64,000 nt of DNA from assembly GCF_000143415.4 (NCBI RefSeq), contig NW_003314281.1, forward strand, positions 1,651,882 to 1,715,881, read 5' to 3'. The notes below the pieces were generated by a model that made no database searches, was not told where the DNA came from, and was given only the letters and a program-made list of their open reading frames with translations. Positions 11,801 to 26,389 of the stretch are shown piece after piece (positions within the stretch are counted from its first letter, which is position 1; every line of letters begins with the position of its first letter). The DNA comes from Selaginella moellendorffii. Its lineage: Eukaryota; Plantae; Lycopodiophyta. A program made the translations under genes and the position numbers.

Positions 11801-14800
11801 GGGTTTCAGAACACTGGAGTACTGGATTGACAGCCTGAATCCGGAGTTTCTGGAGCCGAGCATGGCCAATGCGATACCCGACTTGATACTCACGCTGTGG
11901 TCACACCTCCGGCCTAAACCATACATATGGGGTGCCAAGGCGTTGCAGTTACTTGGGAAGCTCGGCGGAAGAAACAGGAGGTTTTTGAAGGAGCCTTTGG
12001 CACTAGAATGCAAGGAAAACCCGGAGCATGGACTTCGACTGATTCTGACGTTCGAGCCGAACACTTCGTTTCTTGTGCCTTTGGACCGGTGCATTTATTT
12101 GGCAAGAGCAGCCGTGATGCAGTCACACGGCGTGGACACCTTCTATCGGAAGCATGCTTTGAATTTCTTGCGAGTCTGCTTATCATCGGTATTGAATCTC
12201 AAAGGAAATATTGGTAAAGAAGGAGTTACGCCAGGCCAGCTTAGTACAATGCTCATGACATCCGTTGATCCATCAAAGCGAAGAGCTGAAGTCTCAAATA
12301 TGAAGGTACTTTTGTGTAGAGTTTTAGAAATTTTTATTCAAGTTGCATTTGTGTACAGGTCGATCTCGGCGTTAAAACAAAAACTCAATTGGTCGCTGAA
12401 AGAAGTATATTTAAAGTTCTTCTGACAACAGTTATAGCCTCTAGCGTGGAGAACGATCTTCAAGATCCGAAAGACGACTATGTGCCAAATATCTGCCGCC
12501 ACTTTGCAATGCTTTTCCACGTCGAATCTTGCTCGGGAAACGCTGCTGCCTCGTCGAGCCAAACGGCGGGGGACTTGCCAACAAAATCTCGGAGTCATTC
12601 GAGCTTGAAAGAACTGGATCCTCTTATATTCCTGGACGCTCTGGTAGCTGTTCTGATGGACGAGAACAGACAACATGCCAAGGCCGCTCTTCAGGGCTTA
12701 AACGTCTTTGCGGAGGCGCTTCTCATCTTTGCGAGGGCGAAACACACTGGCGTGCTGATTCCGAAGGGTGTAAGCACTCCTGGAACGCCGATGATGGTCT
12801 CAAGCCCGTCAATGAACCCGGTTTACTCGCCTCCACCGGGTGTACGAGTTCCTGTATTTGAGCAGCTGCTACCAAGATTGTTACATTGCTGCTACGGGAG
12901 TACATGGCAAGCTCAAATGGGCGGGGTAATGGGACTTGGTGCTTTGGTGGGAAAGGTTACAGTCGACACTCTTTGCATCTTCCAAGTTCGTGCAGTGCGT
13001 GCTCTGGTGTACGTACTAAAGAAGCTACCGCAGCATGCAAGTAAGGAACAGGATGAAGTAAGCCAAGTGCTGACGCAGGTGCTGCGGGTGGTGAACAACG
13101 TAGACGAGGCAAACAATGAGCCTCGGCGTCAAAGCTTTCAGGGTGTTGTGGACGTCCTGGCCGCGGAACTCTTTAATCCCAACGCGACACATACTGTCCG
13201 AAAGAGTGTCCAGCAGTGCCTTGCACTTCTGGCCAGCAGGACAGGGAGTGAAGTTTCGGAGCTGCTTGAACCGCTACATCAGCCACTGCTTCAACCTCTG
13301 ATTTCTCGACCTCTTCGCACAAAGCACGTTGAACAACAGGTACTCAGAGGACGTGTCTCTGTGAATTCTCTTATAGACACCCGTTTTGCAGGTCGGAACT
13401 GTGATGGCTTTAAACTTCTGCCTGGCCTTGCGGCCGCCTCTTCTTAAAATGACTCCGGAACTTGTCACACTCTTGACGGACGCTCTTCAAATTGCGGAAG
13501 CTGACGAAGCTGTACTGATTGGAAAGTTCATGAGTCCGAAAATGGCAAACACCCTGACCAAGCTTCGAACAGTTTGCATTGAGTTGCTATGCACTGCTAT
13601 GGCCTGGGCGGATTTCAAAACTGCAGCTCATAATGAGCTGCGGTCACGGATCATAGCTATGTTCTTCAAATCCCTGACCTGTAGAACACCAGAGATAGTT
13701 GCAGTAGCCAAGGAAGGTCTTCGTCAGGTAATACGTCTTCTCTCTCTTCGCATCGTATTCATGACATTTTGTAATATTTCAGGTTATTCAGCAACAAAAA
13801 CTGCCAAAGGAGCTCTTGCAAAGTAGCCTGCGACCGATTCTTGTGAATCTGGCATCGTATAAGCATCTGACGATTCCCTTGCTTCAAGGGCTTGCTCGAC
13901 TGTTGGAGCTGCTTTCTAATTGGTTCAACGTGACACTCGGTGGTAAACTCATGGAACACCTGAAGAAGTGGCTAGAGCCGGAAAAGCTTGCTGGAACAGT
14001 AAAGTCCTGGAAGCCCGGGGAGGAAGCGAAGGTCGCTGCGGGTATGTCTTTATATCGGTGTTGTGGAAGTTCTAACTTTCCTCGTGTGTTTCAGCCATAA
14101 TAGAGCTGTTTCATCTGCTTCCTCCGGCCGCCAACAAGTTTCTTGATGAGCTTTTTCAACTAACCATACATTTGGAGGCGGCATTCCCTCCAGGGCAAGT
14201 GTACAGTGAGTTGAATAGCCCATACAGGCTACCTATCACAAGGTTTTTGAACCGCTATGCGACAGAATCAGTAGATTACTTTCTGGCACGCCTTTCGGAG
14301 CCAGCTTATTTTAGAAGGTAAGGTTGTCGTGATATTCGTGTCCTCGCTGATACTTGTTTGTCAGATTTTCCGACGTTATAAAGTCAGATGAGGGGCAACC
14401 CCTTCGTGAGGAGTTGGCGAAGTCACCGGGCAAGATCATCGAGTGTGCTTTTACTGTAGTTCAACCATCAACCGAAGAAGCAGATCCAGGTTCAACAGCT
14501 AGTGGTGCTGACGGATCGGTACCTCCGCCGCCTTCTACGACGTCAGAGTCCCTGTTTCAAGGTGTTGCCTTGGTAGCTACTTTGGTCAAGCTCATACCGG
14601 ACTGGCTGCACGAAAATCAGACCGTGTTTGAAGCCTTAGTTCGGCTGTGGCAATCGCCCGCAAGGCAGGAACGACTAAAGAACGAGCTAAATTTGACTCT
14701 GGTGCAAGTGAGTAGCTTTTCTTTGCATCTATACTGCTAACTCACGTACGTTGTAGGTGAAGGAGAGCAAGCGGCTAGTCAAATGCTTTCTGAATTATGT

Positions 14801-17800
14801 GAGACACGATAAAGCGGAGGTTGATATTCTTTTCGAAATGCTGTCCATATTTTTGGTCCGAACTCGTGTTGATTATACCTTCTTGAAAGAATTCTACATG
14901 ATCGAGGTGAGGTTTTTAACTTGATATGTTCTTCTCAAATTCTTTTCATCAGGTCGGTGAAGGATATACACCCCAGGAGAAAAAAGCTGTTCTGCAACGT
15001 TTTCTTCAAATATTCCAGTCGAAGTCGTTGAAGCAAGAGTCCTTGGTGGTCGCCATGCAAATGCTTATTCTTCCCATGCTAACTCATTCGTTTCAAAACA
15101 ATCAAAGTGCCGACGTTGTCGACCAGCCTATCATCAAGACTATTGTGGACAAGCTGTTGGATCCTCCCGAAGAGGTACTTGTTCTGTGTGAAAGCACTAA
15201 TGTCAGTGGGAATCGCATTTCAGGTCAGCGCTGAATACGATGAGCCTCTTAGGATAGAACTCCTGCAGCTGGCGACGTTGTTGCTGAAGTATCTCCCCCA
15301 CGAACTCGTGACACATCGTAAGGAACTTATCAAGTTTGGCTGGAATCATTTAAAGCGCGAAGACAGTGCAAGCAAGCAATGGGCTTTTGTGAATGTTTGC
15401 CGTTTTCTCGATGCATATCAGGCTCCAGAAAAGATTATCCTTCAGGTACATCACAAGATTGTAAGATTATGCATCGTTTGAACTCTGTCTATTCAGGTTT
15501 TTGTTGCACTATTGCGGACCTGCCAACCGGAGAACAGAAATTTGGCAAGACAGGCGCTTGATATTTTGATGCCAGCTCTTCCTCGCAGACTTCCCTTGGG
15601 TGAACAGAAGATACCTATATGGATACGTTACACTAAGAAGATTCTTGTTGAGGAAGGCCACTCGGTACCAAATCTTATTCACATCTTCCAGCTAATAGTT
15701 CGACACTCGGACCTGTTCTACACTTGCCGGGCGCAGTTTGTACCTCAGATGGTGAACTCCCTGAGCCGCCTTGGGCTCCCTGGAAATCTTCCGATGGAAA
15801 ACCGCAGGCTGGCTATTGACCTTGCTGGACTCGTGGTATCATGGGAAAAACGACGGCAGGGAGAAGCAAAGGCGGTTATGGAAGGAGATCAACCTTTATC
15901 TACAGATGGTGCGTCATTCTCGTTAGCAGCTACGGACGTAGGAGTTGGCTCAAAGAGACCACCGGAACTACTGTCTTCGGACGAGACCAAGAGAGTAAAG
16001 AGTGAGCCATCACTTTCTGGGATGTCACCTGGTCTGGGATCAAGTACTCCTTCAATACCGAACGTTGGCACGCCAAATTCAATGGGTCAGCCGGATGAGG
16101 AGTTTAAGCCGAACGCTGCAATGGAAGAAATGATCATCAACTTCTTGATAAGGGTAACCAGCTGCATTCTATTGCTTGGTTCTTAGCCTTCTTTGTATCT
16201 ACCAGGTGTCGCTGGTGATGGATCCGAAGGATAAGGAAATGGCAGCGATGTATAAGCAAGCATTGGACCTCCTTACGCAAGCACTGGAAGTGTGGCCTGG
16301 TGCAAATGTGAAGTTTAACTACCTGGAGAAGTTACTGAGCAGCGCTTTACCTCAGACCACAAAGGATCCGTCTACCGCTCTTGTGCAAGGACTTGATGTG
16401 ATGAGTAAAGTCTTGGAAAAGCAGCCTCAACTTTTTATTCGGAACAACGTACAACAGATCATTCAAGTAAGACATATCGCGTTGCTCCTTTACGCTCTAA
16501 CGTATAAAATTTTGAAGGTTTTGGATCCGTCCTTCAATAGCAAACTCGCTGATGTTGGAAGGTCAATCTGTAATGTTTTGAAGCTGGTGTTCAACGCCTT
16601 CCCCTCTGATTCCCTCAGTAACCCACAAGATGTAAGGCTTCTGCATCAGAAGGTGGAAGAGCTGTTACAAAAGCACTTACAAGCTGTAACTGCGACCCCG
16701 TCTACTCTTGAACCTCGCTCTGCAAACGTTACTATCAGTTTCTTATTGGCATTGCTCAATACGCTCAGTGAAGGAAACCGAAGTTACTTGGACCGCTACT
16801 TGACTCACATAGTTCGCGTGTTTCAGCGTCTCGCACGGGACATGACCAACAGCTCGGGTGCACTTGCCCGACAGGTTGAAATTGATTAAATTTTCTATGT
16901 TTTCTAAACAGATCTTACAGGGTCATCGAGTCGATCAAGAGGCTGCGGCAGGCATGAACGTCAGCAACGTTCGCTCTCTTTTAAAGCTTATCAGTGGCAG
17001 AGTTCTGCTAGTACCTGAGTGCAAACGACTTTGCTCACAGACGATTCATATGATTCTGTCTGAGAAAGGAACGGATCCAAGCGTACTTCTTACCATCCTC
17101 GACGTTATTATTGAGTGGATAGAGAACGACTTTCGAGCCTCTGGTTCCGGTGCGTCCGTGGGGGTGTTGAACACGAAGGATGTCCTGACTTTCCTACAGC
17201 GTCTTGCTCAAGCCGAGAAAAATATGACTGGTTCTGCTTTAGACGAATGGGATTCGAAGTTTTTAGCGTTGCTATATCGGTTATGTTCGGACGCATCCAA
17301 GTAAGAGGTTTCCTTGCCGTGTTTGATAAAAATGCTAACTAACATACAATTTGTGCAGGTATCCACTGTCTGTGAGGCACGAGATTTTCGTAAAAGTTGA
17401 GAAGCAGTTTTTATTGGGACTAAGGGCCAGAGATCCGGACATGCGGCAGAAATTTTTCTTACTCTACCACGAATCTATTGCGAAGACGCTTTTCACACGC
17501 TTGCAGTACATTATTCAGAATCAGGAATGGGAAGCATTAAGCGACGTGTTCTGGCTAAAGCAAGGCTTGGACCTTCTACTGGCTATTCTTGTGGAGAACG
17601 ATCCAATCACGCTTGCTCCCAATGCCGCACAAGTACCTCCGCTTATGCCGTCCGGAGGAGTTCCCGACAGGCCTGGAATGCAGCAACAGGCTGACACACC
17701 AGATGAAGCGCCTCTCTCTTTTATAGGCATCGTGAACAAGCATGCAAAGTTTTTGACGGAGAATAAACTTCAGGTTTGATATGAATTTCTAAGTTTTCGT

Positions 17801-20800
17801 CGACATCTTACTTGTCTATGGTTTTAGGTGGAGGATCTTATTGTCTCTTTACGGGAACTTGCAAATACCGATTCACATGTGGCGTATCATATGTGGGTTC
17901 TGGTCTTCCCGATAGTCTGGGCCACCTTGCTGAAGGACGAGCAAGTGATGCTAGCAAAGCCTATGATTACTTTTCTCTCCAAAGACTACCATAGCAAGCA
18001 GCTGGATAAGAGGCCAAACGTGATACAGGCACTGTTGGAAGGGCTGTCTTTGAGTCAACCGCAGCCAAAGATTCCAAGCGAGCTTATCAGATTCTTGGGA
18101 AAGACGTACAACGCGTGGCATATTGCGATATCTTTGCTCGAGAGTCACGTCATGTTGTTCCCGACAGAATCTCGCTGCTTCGACGCTTTGGCTGAACTCT
18201 ACAGAATGCTCGACGAAGAAGACGTTCGTTATGGCTTGTGGAAAAGGCGGACGATTACCAACGACACCAAAGCGGGATTGTCTCTAGTTCAGCATGGGTT
18301 GTGGCAGAGGGCACAGGATCTCTTTTACCAGGCTATGAGCAAGGCAACTCAGGGATCTTACAGCAATTCCGTCTCCAAAGCTGAGATGTGTCTCTGGGAG
18401 GAGCAGTGGATATCCTGCGCTCGGAGACTTAATCAGTGGGACATCCTCGCAGACTTTGGTAAAAGTGTTGAGAACTACGAGATTCTCCTCGACTGCCTTT
18501 GGAAGTCTCCAGATTGGGCGCATCTTAAAGACGTTTTGCCGAAGGCGCAGGTGGAAGAAACACCTAAGCTGCGGATGGTTCAAACTTATGTCGCACTTCA
18601 TGAAGGCAGCATGAACGGTGTGACTGAGGCGGATATGAGAGTCGTTCAGGGTGTGGATCTTGCACTCCAGAACTGGTGGCAATTACCTGAGATGTCAGTT
18701 CAGTCGCACGTTCCACTATTACAGCAGTTTCAGCAACTGGTCGAGCTCCAGGAATCAACAAGAATACTACTAGAACTGGGAAACGCAAACAAGCAACAAC
18801 CGGCAGGGTCCGGACAGCTGCAAGGAGGTGCAGGCATGTATGCGGATCTTAAAGACATTTTAGAAACTTGGAGGCTCAGGATTCCGAACGATTGGGACGA
18901 GTTAACGGTCTGGAATGATTTGATGATATGGAGGAATCACATGTACAATCTTGTGATCAACGCGTTCAAGGCGCTGCAAGAGACAAATCCGCAGTTACAC
19001 CAGCTTGGTTTCAGAGACAAAGCTTGGAGCGTCAACAAACTTGCATACGTTGCTCGGAAACAAGGTTTGCACGAAGTCTGCGTTACTGTTTTGAACAAAA
19101 TGTACGGCTTCCTTACTATGGAAGTTCAGGTCGGTATTTTTCTTATTGCTGTTGTAGTATTTATAGTATGGCATCTTCTCATGCAGGAAGCGTTCGTTAA
19201 AATAAGAGAACAAGCGAAGGCATACCTTGACATGAAAGGCGAACTAATCACTGGACTTAATCTGATCAACACAACGAATTTGGAGTATTTTCCGAATCAA
19301 CACAAGGCTGAAATCTTCCGCTTGAAAGGAGAGTTTTTGCAGAAGATGAATGACAGTGAGACCGCCAACCAGGTTTTCTCTACGGCCATTTCTTTGTTCA
19401 AGCATCTTCCAAAGGGATGGATAAGCTGGGGAAATCATTGCGATCAGGTTAGTTAGGAGCGTGATTTTGTGCTAGGGCCCAGCTCACTGAGAAATCCGTT
19501 TGCAGGTTTACAAAGAAACCGGCGAAGACTTGTGGCTGGAGTACGCAGTGAGCTGTTTCTTGCAAGGTATCAAGTATGGAAGCTCGTATGGTCGGAGCTA
19601 TCTTGCCAGGGTGCTTTATCTGCTGAGCTTCGATAACCAAAATGGAACCGTCGGTAAAGCATTCGAAAAGTACGGGGACCAGATAACTCACTGGGTCTGG
19701 ATTCCGTGGATACCTCAGCTTCTACTTTCTCTGGAGAGACCCGAGGCATCGCATTGCAAGAATGTTCTGTCGAAGCTGGTCGCACTTTTTCCGCAGGTGA
19801 GTTTAGTAATTGCCCTTCGATTATTTGGGAACTTATTGTTGTATGCCCTTTCGGATTGCAGGCCTTGTACTATTGGCTTCGGACTCATCTCTTGGAACGT
19901 AGAGACATTGCGACGAAGTCGGATGCTGTGAAAGGGTCACAAACACGTGCTCAAGCTGCTGTAGCTGCGGTTGCTGCTAATCCGGACGCGTCTGGTACTA
20001 CTACTAATTCTGAAGGCCCCCAAGGCTCGCAGACCCCCGCGCCGCAACCTCAAAATGGAAGTGCTGATACGACACCGCAAGAAGCTGGAGGGTCCGACGG
20101 TAATGCAACTGCGTCTGCAGATACTTCACAGTCAACAAACGCCGCTGACCAGCTTGCCATGCTACGTCGAAGCCACTGGGCCACGGCTGTCAGCTCATTT
20201 GAAGCTGCAAGGGAGATCATGGACATGCTGAGGCTAAAACACAACAATCTCGCGGCGGAGATGGAGGTACATGATATTTACTCTGCTTCATTTGTCACCG
20301 GCATCGTTGTTTCCAGGTTATGTTAACCGAAGTCGGAGCACGTTTTGTTCCTTTGCCAGAGGAAAGATTGCTAGCAGTTGTTCACGCCTTGCTTCATCGC
20401 TGCTACAAATTTCCCACTGCGACCACCTCTGAAGTCCCTCCGTCCCTGAAGAAAGAGCTTGCTGGCGTTTGCAAAGCTTGCTTTTCGTCTGATACCGTGG
20501 CAAAGCACACGGACTTCGTCAACGAGTACAAAAGAGGTTTTGAACGCGACCTTGATCCAGAAAGCACAGGAACATTTCCGGCCACTCTAGCCGAGCTGAC
20601 TGACCGCTTGAAGCATTGGAAGAGTGTCCTCCAGTCCAATGTTGAGGATAGACTTCCAGCGGTATTGAAGCTTGAGGAAGAGAGCAGACAACTTAGAGAG
20701 TTCCACGTCTTGGACATTGAAGTTCCAGGACAGTATTTCAACGATAAGGTAAGCTAGCAGAGCTTGTGTATGTTTTTCTACTGATAATTTGGCTTCTTTA

Positions 20801-22190
20801 ACCTGCAGGAAGTAGCACCTGATCATACAGTGAAGCTAGACAGGATTGGAGCGGACGTTCCGATTGTTCGTAGACATGGAAGCAGTCACCGAAGGCTAAC
20901 TATGATCGGAAGTGACGGCTCTCAGCGACATTTCCTAGTGCAGACGTCTCTGACCCCGAGCGCGAGAAGCGACGAGCGGATGGTGCAGCTATTCAGGGTT
21001 TTAAATCGACTCTTTGACAAGCACAAAGAGTCAAGGCGCAGGCATCTGGCATTCCATACGCCCATCATCGTCCCTGTTTGGCCTCAGGTATGTTTTCAAT
21101 CCCTCTCCATATTTTTATCGCTAAACTAAGATTCTTCAGCAGGTCCGATTGGTGGAGGAGGATCTTATGTACAGCACCTTTGGCGAGGTGTATGAGATCA
21201 ACTGTGCGAGATATGGACGCGAAGCCGATGTTCCTATCACGCATTTCAAGGAGCACTTGAACCAGACCATCACAGGACAGATGAGCCCAGAAGCCGTGCT
21301 GGAGCTTCGGCTAAACACGTACAATGAGATCATCACCTCGCTTGTCAACGAGAACGTCTTCTCGCAGTTTATGTACAAGACACTTCCGAGCTCCAACCAT
21401 CTGTGGACGTTCAAGAAGCAGTTTGCTGTCCAGTTGGCCTTGTCTGGCTTCATGTCCTACATGCTGCAAATAGGTGGCCGGTCTCCAAACAAGATCCTAT
21501 TTGCAAAGAACACGGGCAAGGTTTTCCAGAATGACTTCCATCCCGGTATGCTCTCTTGCTCTTCTGGATCCTCTTCTGAGTTGTTTATACCTTACAGCCT
21601 ACGACATCAATGGCATGATCGAGTTTGCTGAGCCGGTTCCATTCAGGCTCACTCGCAACCTGCAGACTTTCTTTACTCCCTTTGGAGTCGAGGGCCTTTT
21701 CGTGTCCGCAATGTGTGCGGCAGCACAGTCGGTGACAGCACCCAAGGTCAGCAGAGAAGCAGCCTCTTTCGTTTTTCATTCCAACTGATGAGCTTTTGTA
21801 TCGCTGCAGAACCAACACCTTCAAAACCACCTGGCGATGTTCTTCAGGGACGAACTTATTTCCTGGTCGTGGCGCCGTCCACCGGGAATGCCCAACGCTG
21901 CTGTGGGTGGCATCTCCCCCACGGAGCTCAAGCAGAAGGTGACCGCAAACGTGGACCAGGTGCTCGCTCGCGTCAAGGGCATCGCTCCACAAACATACCC
22001 CGAAGAGGTAAGTGAGCGAGAGCAGTCCTTGTGTTTGTGGAAGCTCACAGCGGTTTGTTTTGTTTCCCAGGACGAGAATTCCAGCGAGCCACCTGTGTCT
22101 GTGCAAGCAGCAGTGGCAGAGCTTGTGGAAGCAGCGTTGCGGCCAAAGAACTTGTGTATGATGGATCCTACTTGGCATCCCTGGTTCTAA
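8847..22190 (+). CDS. TRA1: Transformation/transcription domain-associated protein (PIKK pseudokinase scaffold of SAGA/NuA4), multi-exon
   Basis: N-terminus MIPINNFEQH...EVRDSIEIVQTSEYLNFLK, long HEAT-repeat region, FAT region, PI3K-like domain (RRLTMIGSDGSQRHFLVQ, PVPFRLTRN) and FATC end LCMMDPTWHPWF. Confidence 0.97.
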
Positions 22191-22379
22191 GCGAATTTTA
22201 CATAGAATTTCACTTGTATATGCTCACATCCTCCTAGGTTGATGTTGTCTAATTCCATGTGCTAATCATATCCTGCAAAAAAGAATTTGTTTTCGGTTTT
22301 ATAACGAATTCTGGTTTTCATTCCATTTTTTCGTGTCTCATATACAAAATTTGTAGTACTACATATAGTGTATGTTCTG

Positions 22380-23276
22380 TTACAAAGTTCTTTGCTTCTT
22401 TTCAACTGGACCAGTTCTGTCAGTATTCTCCACGACCCACGGGTGACGGATTACCTCCTCCACCGTTAGCCTTTGCTCTGGATTGACCTTCAACATTCCC
22501 AAGATGAGCTCCCTCGCCTCTTTGGACACACCCCCGCCCCACTTCAATGCCCGTTCCACCTCTGCATCCCCAGCACTTTTGAGAAAGCATTCCACATCAA
22601 AAACATTAGAGAACACCCCCCACCCAGTGACAAGCTCGTACGCAATCAACCCTAGCCCCCACAAGTCCACAGCTTTGGTGTAGTAAAACGGCCAGCCATC
22701 CTTGCCAGCCCTGAGCACATCCGGGGATATATATCCATTGGTGCCACAGTTCTCGTGCATGTCCTCAGCCACGTCTGTGGCGAGCCCAAAGTCAGCCAGC
22801 TTCACCTCATAAGGTGGCAACAGCCTGGTGAGCAAAACGTTGTCCAGCTTCACGTCCCTGTGCACCACTCCGAGCGAGTGCACCCGTTCTAGTGCCTCAG
22901 CCAGGCTCTTGACCACAAACGCTGCCTCTTGCTCCTCCATCTTCCCGCCAGCTTTATGAAGCCTCTCGCTCAGCGTGCATGAGCCTAGCTCCAAAATTAG
23001 GGTTCCCCACCATCGGCCACCTTTGAACTTGCGATCCTCCTCAAGCACCACGTCGTAGAGCTGTATTGTCCCTTGGCAGCCGGCTAGCTTGAGCATGACC
23101 CGGAGCTCCCTCTGCGCCGCCTCTGGTAGTGACTTTGCAGCTAAGAGCTTGCTCCCCATGACCAGGTGAACCGTGCCTTGCCCTCCACTCCCGAGCTCCA
23201 TAACCACTCGATAAAGCTTCTTCAATGCTGGCAGCTCCACAACTTTGCCACTCTCGACTTCCCTCCAAATTGTCAT
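22380..23276 (-). CDS. Intronless CAMK-like Ser/Thr protein kinase, 298 aa
   Basis: LGSGGQGTV, LAAK, HRDVKLDN, DFG, CGTNGYISPD, DLWGLG, RLTVEEVIRHPW; uninterrupted ORF. Confidence 0.88.
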   Translation of the reverse strand: MTIWREVESGKVVELPALKKLYRVVMELGSGGQGTVHLVMGSKLLAAKSLPEAAQRELRVMLKLAGCQGTIQLYDVVLEEDRKFKGGRWWGTLILELGSCTLSERLHKAGGKMEEQEAAFVVKSLAEALERVHSLGVVHRDVKLDNVLLTRLLPPYEVKLADFGLATDVAEDMHENCGTNGYISPDVLRAGKDGWPFYYTKAVDLWGLGLIAYELVTGWGVFSNVFDVECFLKSAGDAEVERALKWGGGVSKEARELILGMLKVNPEQRLTVEEVIRHPWVVENTDRTGPVEKKQRTL

Positions 23277-23354
23277 GAGCGGTCACAAAGCCCTAAACCC
23301 TTTAGATAAGTTTTATATATTAAAAAGGTAATCTCTTTCTTAGTCTCAAAGAGT

Positions 23355-24656
23355 TCAAAGAGTGGAGAGCTGTTTCACGTTAATGGGGTAACTGTCTTGC
23401 ACAGATCCTTCCCAGAATCTGTCCGCCAACTCGCCATAGACTCTTGAGCTCGGATGAAACTCGTCCCAGTACACATAACTCGAGGTGTCATCGCAGGTGG
23501 TGACGTTTCTCAGGCAGAAAACGATGGCACCATTCTTGCCGATTCCGCTGCAGCAAGCTTGGTCACCAACCTTGTATCCTGAAGATCAACATGTCATCTT
23601 TTTCTAAAGCTTGCCAAGAAGAAGAAAAATGGTTTACCGTGAGCGGCCGGGTTCCGGACAAGATCAAGAACGTAGTCGAACGAGTTTGCAAAGACAATGT
23701 GCGACCCGGGAAGAGATGAGCTCCACTTTACGACGCTGGCCTTGAGATCCGCATTGAATCGAGCGGCGGCGTCGTTAAGGAAATCCACGCACTTGCCCTT
23801 CTTGGCAACGTTGTATCGCAGCAAGTTGATGGGACTACAACCCAGAGCCGTGAGAGAAGCAAGGACGAACTTGCGGCCGCCGGATCCATGCAGCCTCTGG
23901 AGTTGCTTGTGGTACTCGGCGAGGAGGAGAGATTGAAAGCGCTCGGGAGTGTATCGGACGGCCAGGGGCGAGGCCGGGAGGAGGTAATAGTTGTTGACAA
24001 GATCATTGCTGCCCACGGTGATGTAGTAAATCGCTTGGGACGAGAGCTCCCGGGCTCGCTTGGATCCAAGCTTGGCGGTGATGTTGTTGTCCAGAACGTT
24101 TTGGAAGTGATCGACTTGGGCTGGAAGAGAGAAATGCTGGCCCTGCTTGGACAATGAATTCAATGGTAAATGATAAAAGAAGTTCTTATGAAACTCTTAC
24201 AAAGACGAGGCCTGTTGACTCGAGCAATCCAGATCCAGCGGATGCGAAGTTTACACCCTGCAAAACATTGTCATTCGCAGAAACGTATGCTGGAGCTAGA
24301 TCAAGTCCCAAGCGCGATGCTGGATATCACCAAATCAAAAGCAAACGAGCGCTCTTTATAAGTTAGATCAATGACAAAACTTTTGGAAGATCACAAAAAA
24401 CATTACCCAAGAAGTCTGGAACAAGCCGTCCATTAGCAAATCTTCCAGTTGGACGCTGGCTCTGATCAAAGTCCTTGCCATAGGGGGGGAAGTTTGCTTG
24501 TGCCAGAGTGATTAGAGCATTGTTGTTTCCAGCATCCACCATGGAGTCTCCAAAAACGAACAACGCTGGAACTTTGGCTTGAGCTTCAGATGTTACCAGT
24601 GATAGCACTATAACCATGGTGGCGATCAAAGCCATAGAAACTTCTAGCCTGACCAT
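23355..24656 (-). CDS. GDSL esterase/lipase (copy 1), 5 exons
   Basis: Signal peptide, [45 protein letters not shown]. Confidence 0.93.
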
Positions 24657-25088
24657 TTTGTAAAACTCTATGGAGGAGCTAAAAACCCATTCACCAAACA
24701 TTCACTCGCTCCGATTCGAGACCATCTTTTTTATGCTTGGAGCGCTCATATAAATGCCGGGCTATGGAAAAGCGTGTAGATGGAAGCGACCCAAAAAGAG
24801 AAAAAGCTACAAAGAAGCTCAAGAACAACTTGATTTTCGCTAGAGACTGACAAGGAGGACAAAAATTTCAAGCAAGCACTGTGCTAGAACTAAATGCTGC
24901 GAAAGAGAAGAAAATAATGGCAGCTTTGGCTTCCGTTAGGAAGATGGTCGACTTCGTCCACCAAACCCAGGCAGCATTAAAACTTTCGACGTCTGGTGGA
25001 TGGATCTGGCTGTGGAAACATTTATTCCTTGATCTTATTTTTTTGCCTTGAATCGCTGGAACAATATCGCTGGAACAACGTCGCAGCC

Positions 25089-26389
25089 TCAAAGGATTTG
25101 CTGGATGTTCATGGGATAAATCTCGTCCTTGCCACCGCTCCAAAAATTTCGAGCCAGGATCTCGTAGACTCTGCTGCTCGGGTGGAACTCGTCCCAGTAG
25201 ACATACCTCGAGGGGTCTTTGCACGAGGGAACGTCTGGGAGGCAGAAAACAATGGCCCCGTTCTTGCCGATTCCACTGCAGCATGCCTTATCACCTTCGT
25301 CGAATCCTGTGATCTCGAAACTTTCAAGGAGCGAAAACCAAAAAAAAGAAACGAAAACTTTGTCACGTACCATTTGCAAGCGGATTCAAGGCCGCCTTGT
25401 AGACCATGTCGTAGCAATTGCCGTGGAGGAGCTTGATTCCTGGCAAGCTTTCTCTCAGCTCGCTGAGCATGGATTCCACGGCCTTGTTGTACAACTTTGC
25501 TGCATCGTTTGGCTCCGCAGCACACTCGCCTGGCTTCTTGATGAGGTATTTGAGAAGATTGATGGGACTACAGCCGAGTGCCGTGAGTGATGCAATCACA
25601 AATCTCCTCGCTCCTTCACCATATAATGTCTGGAAGTGAGAATCACGACTTTCAGTGCTGGACAATTTTTTTTGAATCTACCTTGATTTGCTCCCTGAAA
25701 ACTACGATGAGGGAGTCTTGGAACTCTTGAGGCGATTGCGTTCTCAGCGGAGCCCCGGGGAGGAGGTAGTAATTGTTAACCAGATCGTTGCTGCCAACTG
25801 TGATGTAGTAAATGGCTTTGGAGACCATGCGGGAGGCCGATTCCGGGCCGAGTTTCTTCACAAGCCTTGCATGGACTTCCTTGAAGCTCGCAACCTGCTT
25901 TGGAAGCGGAATGTGTTCTCCCTGGAGGTAATTGACGATTGAGACAAGAACAAACCAGTAACACAACAAGAGCTCACTTACAAACACATTCCCAGAGGCT
26001 GGAAGCAGGCCCGCTCCAGATGATGCAAAATTCAGCCCGTGGTCGATGTTGTCTCCCGCCGAGAGATACGTCTCCGGGAACGGAAGTCCAAGGAATGATG
26101 CTGAAAGCTCGAGAAAACATATAAGCGGCAAACAACAGTGACAGAGAAACTCACCAATGAAGTCTGGGACCAGCCTTCCATTTGCAAATCGACCTGTTGG
26201 CTTATGCGTGTCGAAGTCTCTGCCGTAAGGTAGAAAATTGGCCTTGGCCAACGATTGGAGGTTGTTGTTGTTCCCTGAATCCACTAAAGAGTCCCCGAAA
26301 ACAAAAACTGCCGATACATCGTAGTTGCTAGCCAGTGCCGAGCTAAAAGAAAAGAGAAGAAATGAGACGATGCACAGGTATGGAGCCAT
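25089..26389 (-). CDS. GDSL esterase/lipase (copy 2, tandem paralogue)
   Basis: Signal peptide, [45 protein letters not shown]; same exon layout as copy 1. Confidence 0.93.

Noticed and set aside
9046-22178. Many antisense and alternate-frame ORFs over TRA1 (and similarly over other genes)
   Set aside because: Shadows of coding exons with no recognisable motifs
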